64,000 nt of DNA from Octopus vulgaris (taxonomy: Eukaryota): assembly GCA_951406725.2 (NCBI GenBank), contig OX597838.1, forward strand, positions 41,850,001-41,914,000. The letters are read 5' to 3'. The notes below the pieces were generated by a model, which did not search any database, was not told where the DNA came from, and saw only the letters and a list, made by a program, of their open reading frames with translations. The position numbers and the translations under genes are program-made. Positions 12,707 through 23,879 of this stretch are shown here, one piece after another (positions within the stretch are counted from its first letter, which is position 1; the number at the start of each line of letters is the position of its first letter).

Positions 12707-14561
12707 GTAAGTAACCAGTTGGGGGCTGGGTTTCCATTTTTGTCTTCTATCTTTTACTTGTTTCAGTCATGGGACTGCGGCCATGCTGGGGCACTTGACA
12801 GGTTTAGTGGAACAAATTGACTTCTGTACTTATTTTTTAAAGCTTGGTACTCATCTTATCAGCCTCTTTTTCTGGAATTGCAAAGATCTGGGGACGTAAA
12901 CAAACCAGCCCCAGATGTCAAGCAGTGGTGAGGGGAGCAAACACATACATATGCATACACATACATACACATGACAGGTTTCCACACAATTTCCATTTAC
13001 CAAATTTTCTCACAAAGCATTGATCAGCCCAAAGCTATAGCAGAAGACACCAAAGGTGCTGTGCAGTGGGACTGAACCAAAAACCTCATGGTTGCAATGT
13101 GAGCTTCTTAACCACATAAATAGTCCATGCATACAAAGAGCGACTTTGTCATTATTTCATGCTGCAATGTTTTGAAGTTGTTGGTTAAAAAAAGACAAAT
13201 ACTGATTAAAGAGATTACTGATCATGGCCTTCTAACCATGACCATCTTAACAAATAGTGTTTAGGTTGACATAAACAAATGTGTTGTTCCTGATTTAAAG
13301 TGGCAGGATGTGATTTAAGGGAGAATTGGCTACCATTTCTCTCTGTAGAGATCCCGTTGTGACATATTAGAATACAACAGATGATGTTAAATAAAGTATA
13401 TCAAAACCTGGCTGAGGTTTGAACTCAGATCATTCAATTCAAATCATTCAATTCAAATTCTATAGTGCTAACCATTATGCTATCATTCTCCGTTTTTTTT
13501 TTATTGGTTGGCTAGTTTTACAAATTTACATATTTAACAATGACAAAGGGATTCTGGCAACAACCTAGCACTATAAAAATTGGTATAAAACAATTTGTCG
13601 TTATTTAGCCCCAGGTCAGGCCTAATCAGACTTGTGATCAATGACACTCTAGATATGACCAGTCAGTATCTATGACTGACTATGTTATCTGATATAGATA
13701 TGTTCTTTTCTTTTTAAAACAAAGTGAGAGGAATTTAGCTGTTATTTTTGGTGTATCCAGCAAATGTGTAAAGCAGTGTTACAAACCATTTTTCACCTCG
13801 CATCACTTTTGAGTTTGCAAAGAATAACATAGACACCTCAACTTGCATAGACACAGCATACTTTGATACGTTCTTTGTCACCCAAACATGGAAGAGGAAG
13901 ACATCAGACCATGGTTGGTGACAAGATCATGCTGAGGCCTTCATCCTGCTGTGGACTGTGCAAGGATGATGATGATGATGTGCCTTAAATAAGGCTGCAA
14001 CATAGCATATATGTATTGTTATCATCATCTTTTAACGTTTATGTTCCACGCTGGGATGGGATGGACAGTTTGTCCATGAAATGCTTTTGCATGATTTTCA
14101 CACCTGCAGACTCTTCCTAATTGCCAATCATTTATATTCAAAAAGAATTTTAATTGCAAGGTTTATTCACTTGTTTACTCACTTCACCACTCTCTGCCAA
14201 CTGGACAGGATGCCAGTCCATCACAAGGTTAGCTTCCCAGCTATTTCAGGGTCACTCATTGACTGAAGCAATGTGAAACGAAGTGTTTTGCTAAAGAACA
14301 TAATGCACTGTCTGGTCTGGGAATTGAACCTGCAATCTTATGATGGGTGCAGCACTCCTGACCACTAGGCATCACTCTTCCACAGCTGTTTCAAGAATAA
14401 TCCTGTTGGAATGGTGGTGAGGAAGGTGGTTGTTTCCCAAACCCAACTTCTGTCACACTTTCCAATGTTCCTCGTACAATTCTCAATGGAGGAAAGAAAA
14501 CTCGAAATAAGAGATTCAATTTCATGGACAAAATTTCTCTTCCTTCTTCATTTTCTTCTAG

Positions 14562-14637
14562 AAATGACCCCAAAATTGGTTGAGAGTTCCCTTTATGAGA
14601 TGCTGCAGGAATATATGGTAGAAAATGAGTCATTAAG
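14562..14637 (+). CDS. KIF12: KIF12-like exon (MTPKLVESSLYEMLQEYMVENESL)
   Basis: Long pyrimidine tract plus ctag acceptor, gttggt donor; KIF12-type LYxxLQExMxENExLR motif; phase 1 to 2. Confidence 0.85.
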
Positions 14638-14757
14638 GTTGGTCATCATTGGATTTTTATTTTCTTCTTCCTTTTGATTTTGTCTTTCCCTAATGTCAGG
14701 AAGGCCATCCAGCCATAGACACCATGCCAAAACATAATTGATGCATGGACAAGTTTC

Positions 14758-14978
14758 GGATCTTTTCCTTTTCCTAAAATGATTTTAGCTCAATAGAGGC
14801 CATTGATTGGTTAAAATTTGAAAATTTAAACTACATTAAACTTACAAATTACAATTTTCTCAAGAAAGCCAAGAGAAAAAAATGTTTTATTTTTACACAT
14901 TCTACCAGTATATGAAGTTTAAAAGTGTTTAGTTAACTAGAAATTGTTGTAAAACTGCCGTTCAAAAGGAAAAGATCT
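14758..14978. mobile_element. Internally deleted MITE of the same family, opposite orientation
   Basis: Ends ggatcttttcc / ggaaaagatct; 8-bp TSD caagtttc / caagttcc; body is a diverged reverse complement of about 9975-10190. Confidence 0.78.
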
Positions 14979-15117
14979 CAAGTTCCTGGCTGGACAGCCC
15001 TTGTCAAACTGTCCAACACATGCCAGCATGGATAATGGACTGAAGAATTGCTTTTCTGGCTGTGTATTTATGGCTATTTTAATCTAATAGTGCTTCTGCT
15101 GCACATAACAGTCGCTC

Positions 15118-15118
<1 letters not shown>

Positions 15119-15149
<31 letters not shown>

Positions 15150-15248
15150 GATATATATAGATATATATAGATAGATATAGATAGATATAGATATATATAT
15201 ATATAGATAGATATAGATATATATAGATAGATATAGATATATATAGAT

Positions 15249-15281
<33 letters not shown>

Positions 15282-15432
15282 TAGATATAGATATATATAT
15301 ATAGATAGATATAGATATATATATATAGATAGATATAGATATATAGATAGATATAGATATATAGATATAGATATATATATATAGATAGATATAGATATAT
15401 AGATATATAGATATAGATATATATATAGATAT

Positions 15433-15464
<32 letters not shown>
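15119..15464. repeat. Compound (AT)n/(AGAT)n microsatellite
   Basis: Direct reading. Confidence 0.95.
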
Positions 15465-15466
<2 letters not shown>

Positions 15467-15808
15467 CGTGGCCGTTCGCCAGCCTCGTCTGGCATCTGTG
15501 TCGGTGGCACATAAAAACACCATCCGAGCGTGGCCATTCGCCAGCCTCGTCTGGCACCTGTGTCGGTGGCACATAAAAACACCATCCGAGCGTGGCCGTT
15601 CGCCAGCCTCGTCTGGCACCTGTGTCGGTGGCATATAAAATCACCCACTACACTCTCGGAGTGGTTGGCGTTAGGAAGGGCATCCAGCTGTAGAAACACT
15701 GCCAGATCTGACTGGCCTGGTGCAGCCTTCGGGCTCCCTAGACCCCAGTTGAACCATATAACCCATGCTAGCATGGAAAGCGGACGTTAAATGATGATGA
15801 TGATGATA
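15465..15808 (+). mobile_element. RTE 3'-UTR copy with three internal 62-bp tandem units
   Basis: Units start at 15465, 15527 and 15589; ends cggacgttaaatgatgatgat. Confidence 0.8.
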
Positions 15809-15890
15809 TAGATATAGATAGATCGATCTATAGATATATATATATCTATAGATATAGATAGATATATATAGATATATATACACACACACA

Positions 15891-17417
15891 CACCCTGCTG
15901 ATAGCTTAGGAGTGAAATTTAAGATTTCTCGGTTTTCTGTGAATTGATTTTGATAAAACTTTTCCCAGCTGGTTTGCACACAATGGCAACACCATTGTTA
16001 TGTTTTCATCTCTTCTTTTTTATTTCAGATTCTTCAGTTTTCAGGTGAACCACGCTAATAACGTCTCTCCTCTCTAAGAACAATGGGATGTGGAAAAGGC
16101 CTTAACGATAAAGAGAAGTCTGTCATCATCAAAGAAAATGCTAAAGGCACCTCTTCCTGTCATTGTAGAAACGTTAGGTCATCATGTGGATACAGAGGAC
16201 CCTTTGCTAAGGAAGAAACAATCCGATTGTGGGGCCTCCAAGACTGTGACAGCTAGGAATTTAAGGAATATTGGCCACAAATTATGTGGGAAACCTGGAC
16301 AAACAAGCAAAGCCATTTTCACCGCCTCCGGACATCCTCATGTACTGAAAACCACCAGAAATTGCATACTCGAACCATGGCTTCTGTACGAGAACCCCTG
16401 AAACTGCCTCCTTTAACGACCAATCACAGGAGTTTAAGGCTTCAATGGGCCCAAAAGTACGTGACATTAGACATGTTATGTTCTGTTTGCTGATGAAACC
16501 AGGGCGATCCTTGACGGACCTGACGGTTGGGCAAATGGTTAGGTCTGTTTTAGTGATGAGCATCACCAACGTTTATGAAGTCAATAACAGGGTGGAGGAG
16601 TCATGTTGTGGTCTGGTATCATTGGAGACAGACTTGTTAGCCTAGTCAAAGTGCCTGAATGGGTTATAGTGACCACAGCCACCTACTGCAATCACCGGAA
16701 GGAGGTCTTGGATCCCTGGCTAAATGACATACCACTGTCACTTCTAAGAAATCTCATATTCATGCATGACAACACTCCCACCCACTCTGCTAGGACTATC
16801 CAAACATTACTAGGATCTTGCAGCATACAAGGTGAAAGGTTGGTGTGGCCACCAGCATCTCTGGATCAAAACCCTATCGAAAACCTTTGGTCTATCATTA
16901 AACAATATGTTTATGTCAATGGATGCCAATTTATGTCGAAAGATGTCTTATGGGCGACCATCAAAGCTGCGGCAGAACCAGTCCAACCTGCTACTATTAA
17001 GAAATTGACAGATTCCATGACTAATAGGGTTTTTTGAAGTTATCCGTCGAAATGGCGCTCATGTGGCTAAATAATTCATTATGTCAATAAATCTTATAAT
17101 ATTATTATGTTTTTCTGTTAAATATAGACTCAATGTATGCTTAACATTTTCTTATGTATGCTTAACATGTATGCTTCATTTTCTGCAAAAAGAAATGTCT
17201 AGATGGGCTATTTTCATTCAAAAGCTATTAGTATGGTTCTCCCAAAAACTGAAGAATCTGAAATAAAAAAGAAAGGACATTACACAGAATAATGAAAACG
17301 CAACAATGGTGTTGCCATGTTGTGCAGACCAGCTGGGAAAAGTGTTATCAAAATTGATTCTCAGAAAACCAAGAAATCCTAAATTTCACTCCTAGGCTAT
17401 TAGCATGGTTCTGGGTG
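15891..17417 (+). mobile_element. Near full-length Tc1-superfamily transposon, TRT/DD37E-like, transposase frameshifted
   Basis: Long TIRs (about 15891-16040 and 17250-17417), TA at the right end; transposase motifs DETRAILDGPDGW, QQGGGVMLWSGIIG, FMHDNTPTH...WPPASLDQNPIENLW. Confidence 0.88.
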
Positions 17418-17492
17418 TATATATATATATATTTCTGTTTCTCCTGCCTCATTGCTTGTGTTCTGCTGATAATTCTGTGTTGTTGCTTCCAG

Positions 17493-17600
17493 ATCTGAGA
17501 ACAGACAACTCTACCAAGAAAATGGTGGCCTCCTCCAAGAACAGAAGCAGTTGTATAAAGAGAATGAGACTTTTCTTTACCAACTGGAGCAACTGGAGAG
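17493..17600 (+). CDS. KIF12: KIF12-like exon (SENRQLYQENGGLLQEQKQLYKENETFLYQLEQLE, coiled coil)
   Basis: ttccag acceptor, gtttgc donor; heptad pattern; phase 2 to 2. Confidence 0.8.
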
Positions 17601-17627
17601 GTTTGCAAGAGCATTTATTTTAATAAT

Positions 17628-17676
<49 letters not shown>

Positions 17677-18769
17677 TCACACACACATGTACGTTCTGAA
17701 GCATTTAATTCCCATTTGGAAGAGAATAGAAGTATTTTTTTATTTTTACAAGGATTTGTTTTTTCTACCAACAAATGCCAAATAGTGAAGATTGGTGCAA
17801 GGACTCAAATTTTCTTGGGGCCACCAATAGAAACTTCACTCATATTTATAAATGGGAGAACAAGTGTACCCTAATGTAAAGTTTGTGTGTGTGGGTCCCA
17901 AGGTTCTCTGACACTCACTCCTTCTTTTAAAGTGATCTAAATTAAAAACATTCCATCAAGATTCCATGCTCATTCAAGTTCCAAAAAGTAACTTAATAAT
18001 CACAAAGTTATTTTGCTAAACTCTACCTCTGCCACTTGAGGAGATGTTTGTAGAATCAAAAACCAGCACCAGACCCAACACTTTTGAAAATACATCCTTG
18101 AGCTCAGAATAGTCAAAGCATAGAATAAACTAACCACATCAGTTGTTAGCTGTCCAAACACTGCATCTTCCAACAATTCCATACCTGATGAAATTCACCC
18201 CAGCTCTACTCCTTATGTACCCATATCCACCCTTTCCTCTCTCTGACTCTTAATTATCTCATCTTTTTCTGTTTTATTCTCTGCACTTGACTTTGGTTTT
18301 TCTAGCTTCCTTTACTTCCAAGACTACTTTCTGTCCCCTCTTTTACTCTTTCTAAACAAGCTGCAGTGCTTCAAAGCATTACATACAATATGTTCATTAT
18401 TATTATTATTACTATTTCTGGTGAGCTGACAGAATCGTTATTTCACCGGCCAAAGTGCTTAGCAGCATTTTGTCCCTCTTTACATTCTAAGTTCAAAATC
18501 TGCTGAGGCTCACTTTGCCTTTCATCCTTTAGGGGGGTCAATAAAATAAGTACCAGTTGAGTACTGGGGTCGATGTAATTGACGTAACCCCTCCCCAAAA
18601 TTGAAACCATTATCATTATTTTCTGTTTATTACCAATTTTGTTGGAGTTCCTGGTGTCTTGCATGCATAGCAGGCTTCCTACCTGCAGCCTACGGTACCA
18701 AGCTGTTCTTTTCAACTATCTAATATTTTCCTGAGTATTCTGGCCATGGCAAGGAGGCAGATGAAAACC

Positions 18770-19352
18770 CACAGCTTATTTTGCTGGGTATGATGGAAAG
18801 TGTCAGCTGTCCACAGCCGGCAGACTAAAGTGACACTCGTCTACTGGTTATGCTTCCAGAACCCTGTGAAGTATTTTTGCAGTTCCAAGCAGTGCTGATT
18901 TTTGTCGGTGTTCTACCTTCAAACTTGTACCAATCTATTTGAACTGTGTTGGTAGTTGAGTGCTGATGCTTCCAAGTGCACCAATTACTAGGAGTATCAT
19001 GTCTAACTCACTTCATTGACTACAACTTTCATATTTCCCACTCAAATCATCATATTATTATTTATTGCCTTTGCACAGCTTCTAATGCTGGAGATGTGCT
19101 ACAGTGTCAGCTGTTCACTAACAGTAAACTAAGGTAACACCCCTTATTTATCAATCACCATCCAGAGTATTCAAGTAGTGCTGTTTTCTGCAAGCGCTCC
19201 ACCCTTATTGCAGCCCCTGTTTGTTCCATGTACTTCTCGAGATTTTTACTCAGTTCCCAGGGCTCCGACAATTATTGGTACTATTACCACCTTTTTCAGC
19301 GACCATAACTGCTTAATCTCCCAAGCTAACCTGTCATATCTATTGACTTTTC
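18770..19352 (-). mobile_element. Two tandem 3' fragments of R4/Dong-type (RLE) non-LTR retrotransposons
   Basis: Minus-strand peptides KVNRYDRLAWEIKQLWSLKKVVIVPIIVGALG...LQKTALL and LVIGALGSI...QKSALLGTA; (TAA)n-type tail near 19050. Confidence 0.7.
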
Positions 19353-19355
19353 TAG

Positions 19356-19488
19356 AATGTCTGGAATGGCCATGTATGCAAACCAGAAAGACAGGTGGCC
19401 ATCATATCAAACACCACCTCAACTCACAAATTCTAATGAAAGATTTGGAGCTGGGTACAAAACCAAAGCAACAACCACTTACGGACAG
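19356..19488 (+). CDS. KIF12: KIF12-like tail exon (MSGMAMYANQKDRWPSYQTPPQLTNSNERFGAGYKTKATTTYGQ)
   Basis: ttttctag acceptor, cag|gtacac donor; phase 2 to 0 is needed to bridge the flanking exons. Confidence 0.62.
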
Positions 19489-19676
19489 GTACACACGTCT
19501 TTGGACCTTTTTTTTTTTAATGTCTTCCTGTGTTCAAAGAATCCATTTTATTAATTCCTGGTTAAAGTTTAATGTAATTGCTTTGCAAATTATAAATGTA
19601 AGGAAATATAACTTTAGGTAAGAGTTAATAGCAGAATTTGTAGAATAACAATGTAAACAAACACAAACACACACAC

Positions 19677-19741
<65 letters not shown>

Positions 19742-19869
19742 AATGGCTAATAATTAAGAAGCTTGCCTCCTGACCATGTCTTGTGTTCAGTCCCACTGCA
19801 CAGCACCTTGCACGAGTGTTGTCTACAACCCAAGGCCAATATTTTTTATTAATTGGCATCTTTATGTAT

Positions 19870-20800
19870 CAGGTTCTGTATGTGACTGTTTTAATCATGC
19901 CATGTACAAAAAAAGCCTTGGAACCGTCCGAATTTCAAAGAGGCCATGTTGTGGATCATTCTGAAGGTGGACATAGTCAACAAAAAATTGCAGAAAACCT
20001 TTGGATCCTGCTTTCTACAGTTAATAGAGTGATTGTGCAATTCACCAGAGAGGGGAAGGAGTCGACATCAATCAGGGCCCTCTGACGAGACCCTTCTCTT
20101 TGCTAAGAGAAGTGTTGAGGATAATCCTCGTTGCAAGGCCTCTGACATAGAAGAACATGATGTCTGTCCCAGAACAGCTGCCAGGTATCTCCACAAGCTT
20201 GGTTACTATGGCAGAGCAGCAAGAAGGAAACCACTTCTTTGACCAGCCAGCATCAAGCAAAGAAAAGATTGGGCCAATAAGATGGTGGAGAGGCCACTAG
20301 CATTTTGGGACACTGTCAAATTCTTTGATGAGTCCAGATTTGCTGTATTTCCTCACAGTGGTCGAATGTGGATCGAATGTGATCAAGAATTTGATGTGAA
20401 AAGAATGCAGCCAACAATGAAATGCAGCAGCTATTCTATGATGGTCTGGGGAGCAATTTAGAGCAATTTAGAACTGGTGGAGTGTAAGGGAAACAAACTC
20501 AGATAAATATGTATTCATGACCCAAAATTTTTTGGAGAATGGTATTAAAAAGCTTTCATGGTCAAGCCAGTCACCAGATGTGAACCCTACTGAACACCCC
20601 TGGGACATAATGGACAGGACACTTTTTTAAAAAGAGCAAGAAAGCATTTTTAAAGCCAGATCTTTTAAGATTTCTGCATGAAACTTGGCAAGAAATTCCT
20701 GAAGAGAATATTTGTCATCTGATCAGTAACAAGCCTAATAGGGTCGTTGCATTCAAAAATGCAAAGGGCCTGTCTACTGAATATTAAATATTCACATTAT
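19870..20800 (+). mobile_element. Decayed Tc1 (DD34E-type) transposase
   Basis: EFQRGHVV...SQQKIAENL...STVNRVI (HTH), GYYGRAARRKPLL, FFDESRF, WSSQSPDVNPTEH motifs with stops and deletions. Confidence 0.82.
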
Positions 20801-21678
20801 AACAATTAATACATAATCTGAATGTATAATTTCAGATTTAAAGAAATTTTAATGATTATAAGGCGGTCTATTTCCGTTATGTCTGTGTGTGTATATCTAT
20901 ATATGTGTTTGTGTGTCTCTTTGTCAAGAAATCACATGATGTCTATGAATGAACAGAGCTCCTTAACCACACAGCCATGTTTTACACATTTCTCATTCCT
21001 TGGCTTCACAAGCAAAAATTCATAATGGCACTGATATATATATTCAGAAAATAAAACATTTGAGGCAGAGAGCATCTCTTATTTGTTCTGCAACAGAGGA
21101 CCAGGATTGATATCTTGAAATATTCTTCTTACATTTCATGAACTTAAAAAACTGGTCAGGTCCTCGTCCCTAGTGTTTTGTCATTGTGTGAGTGTGTGTT
21201 GGTCAAACACATTATTATTAAGGCGGTGAGCTGGCAGAATCGTTGGCACAAATGCTTAGTGGTATTCTGTCTGCCACCACATTCTGAGTTCAAATTCTGT
21301 CCAGGTCAATTTTGCCTTTCATCCTTTTGGGGGGTCAATAAATTAAGTACCAGTTGTGTACTGGGGTCAATCTAATTGACTGGCCTTCCTCTCCAAAAAT
21401 TTTGGGCCTTGTGCCTAGAGAAGAGAAGAATCATTGGCACACCACACAAAATGCTTAGTGGCATTTCATCCATCTGCACATTCTGAGTTCAAATTCCACT
21501 GAGGTTGACTTTGCCTTTTGTCCTTTCAGGGTCAATAAAACAAGTACCAGTTGAGCATCAGGGTCAATCTAATCATCTTAGCCTCTTCTTTGAAATTTCT
21601 GGCCTTCTGCCAAAATTTGAAACTATTGTTGTTGTTATTGCATGACTAGTAACGAAGGACTTGTCTGTTTTGTTGAAG

Positions 21679-21830
21679 GGAAATGGTTTCTATCTCCTGG
21701 ATCCAATCTACCCCATGAGCAACTCCTTTGATTACCCAAATCATTTTCCAGACAGGAATCTCATAAAGCATTCAGACTTCACCATTATGAAACCAACTCC
21801 TCTCTCAAGATCTTCAGACAATTCCTTCAG
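21679..21830 (+). CDS. KIF12: KIF12-like tail exon (GNGFYLLDPIYPMSNSFDYPNHFPDRNLIKHSDFTIMKPTPLSRSSDNSF)
   Basis: ttttgttgaag acceptor, cag|gtaaga donor; open in phase 0 to 2. Confidence 0.62.
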
Positions 21831-22356
21831 GTAAGAAGAAATGACAAAACAAACTCTAAATACTGACATTTTGACTTGTCCCAACTTTTGTTGTGTTTCA
21901 CTTGTTGTTGTTGCTGTTACTGCTGTTGATGTCATTTGTTGCTGCTACTGTGGACATTTGTCATTTTGGTTTTCAACATAATTTTTCAAAACATGAGAAA
22001 ACAAAGTTAAGATACATGAACTGTCAATTCTTTTTCTTCACATTAAATTCTAATATAATTGTTATCTACTCCGTTTGAAACATACTTGGAGAAAATTTCA
22101 TTAAAGACCATCCATTTTTCAGAAAGTTTTGAGGAAACATAATCAGTGGGGGGGGGGGGGACTTCTATAGCCTTGTCACAGCAAATAAACATTTGTTTTG
22201 TGATTGAATCTTGCAATAATAAAAGAAACTTGAAAATCACATTTTGATAAAAAAAAATATAAAACTGGAATTTATAAGAATTCTCTAGACAGTGTACATT
22301 TTAATAATTGCATACTCAAAACTAATTTATAAGCAACCTTCTTTATTATAGTATAG

Positions 22357-22397
<41 letters not shown>

Positions 22398-22404
22398 CAT
22401 TCAG

Positions 22405-22517
22405 GCTATTACAAAACTCCAACAGGTTTCAAAGACAATTGCCACAGAAGGATTTTTTAAAAAGAGAATCCTATCCAAGAAGTGTTCTGCCAAACAACAA
22501 ACAATGGGATTCAGTCG
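22405..22517 (+). CDS. KIF12: KIF12-like tail exon (LLQNSNRFQRQLPQKDFLKRESYPRSVLPNNKQWDSV)
   Basis: ttcag acceptor after an (ATT)n tract, gtaagg donor; phase 2 to 1. Confidence 0.62.
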
Positions 22518-23369
22518 GTAAGGTTATCCCACCTACCCTTCTTGCTCTCCTTTCTCCACCTCATATCTTGAACATCCACCCTGACACCTCATCACCATTA
22601 TTTGAATCTCTTTCCAGTTCTACCCCCAGCCTCTTCCATCTTCCTTTTCATAATGTGAATAACCACGTAATTTCCTCTATAACAAGAAACCTGTTCTGGT
22701 CCAGAACCTTCTCTCTCATTTTAACCCCTTGTCTCATAGCATAAATCTGTCCCTTTCCTCTAATCAGTTGAAGGGGCCCTTAGTCTTGCAAATTGCATGG
22801 TGACCCCTCTCATGCTCAGGCCACGAATAAAGCACCCAATCCATGTCATAGAGTGGTTGGCATTAAAAAGAGCATTCAGTTGTAGAAACCATGCCGAAGT
22901 TCAGCTCTGTTTGATCCTAGCAAATCATCGGCCCCTGCCATACCAATTTGGAAGATGGCCATTAAAAAAGGATGGTGTGGTTCTTGTTGTTGTTGTCTAG
23001 TCCCCACCAAATCAGTCCTGATCAAGCAAACTTGAGATTTCTAAATACTTTTTCTAATTTTTCATATTACCCCATCACAAAATACAATTTCTTTCATCTT
23101 TTCATTGGTCTTTGTCACATGTATAAATCATACACTGTCCTGTCTTGGAAAAAACATCCCAATTGTGACCGTCCTGTCTTTGAAAAATGTTCTGAATGCA
23201 GCCATCTTGTCTTCATGCATTCCAACTGTGATCACCCAGTCTGTTCTTTTTAAGCATATTTCATCATGAGCATCCTGTATTCACAATTAAGCCCTCTTTT
23301 TTTTGTGTGTGTGTGAGCCCCATGATGCAAGTCACTCTGCCAGGAATTTGGAAATAACTTACTGTGCGG

Positions 23370-23590
23370 CTTGGTATTCACGTCAGAAACTCCAATACGA
23401 ACATTTCACAGTGTTTGGGTGTGAATCTGAGGACATGTACTGAGAGTGATAAAAATCAAACATCCAGTCAACATCATGGTGTTTGGAGTGATCACCAGTG
23501 ATGGTGACATTATGCCTCCATTCATCTTCCCACGCAGCCTCAGACTCAACACAGAGGCCTACATCAAGTGTCTGGAGGAGGTAGTGCACA
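23370..23590 (+). mobile_element. Short DD37D (maT-type) transposase fragment in the last KIF12 intron
   Basis: Translates as KHPVNIMVFGVITSDGDIMPPFIFPRSLRLNTEAYIKCLEEVV. Confidence 0.65.
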
Positions 23591-23772
23591 CATACTTGAC
23601 CGTTTTGCTTCAAATGTCCAAGTGAAGGGGTACAAACAGTTGCTAGTTTGGTGTCAGTAGGTTTGTAACCCATTCATTTTAGAGTTTGGATATCTCGTTT
23701 ACAAAAAAACTTATGGTCTAGTTATCAGTTTTGATGATTTTGTGTTTTGTTTGTTTTGTTTTTTTTCTGCAG

Positions 23773-23879
23773 ATTCTGTTGAAGTTTTCAACCAAAGACT
23801 GCGAGAAGAACTAGCAGCAATTAATGGGGAGATCAAATATGAACAGATAAGTCAAGCAACTTCAAAATCTCTTTTCTGA
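23773..23879 (+). CDS. KIF12: KIF12-like terminal coding exon (DSVEVFNQRLREELAAINGEIKYEQISQATSKSLF*)
   Basis: Strong poly-T tract plus ctgcag acceptor; phase 1; short amphipathic helix then TGA at 23877-23879. Confidence 0.68.

Larger units (their letters stand above)
606..23879 (+). other. KIF12: Gene span (5'-incomplete): KIF12/kinesin-16-family kinesin, last 10 coding exons
   Basis: Spliced peptide [99 protein letters not shown] matches the kinesin motor C-terminus and the KIF12/Klp54D-type neck (DPRE..I..LK.E...L..EN..LK) and coiled coil (LY.LLQEFM.ENE.LR). All introns are GT-AG with matching phases. Confidence 0.85.

Noticed and set aside
15079-15774. Longest ORFs in the track (231, 186 and 171 aa, YI/SI-rich)
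   Set aside because: Translations of an (AT)/(AGAT) microsatellite plus the RTE UTR; no coding signal.
21679-21718. Direct splice from exon 17600 to 21679 giving an early stop (REMVSISWIQSTP*)
   Set aside because: Including exon 19356-19488 keeps the frame open through three more well-formed exons; kept only as a possible minor skip product.
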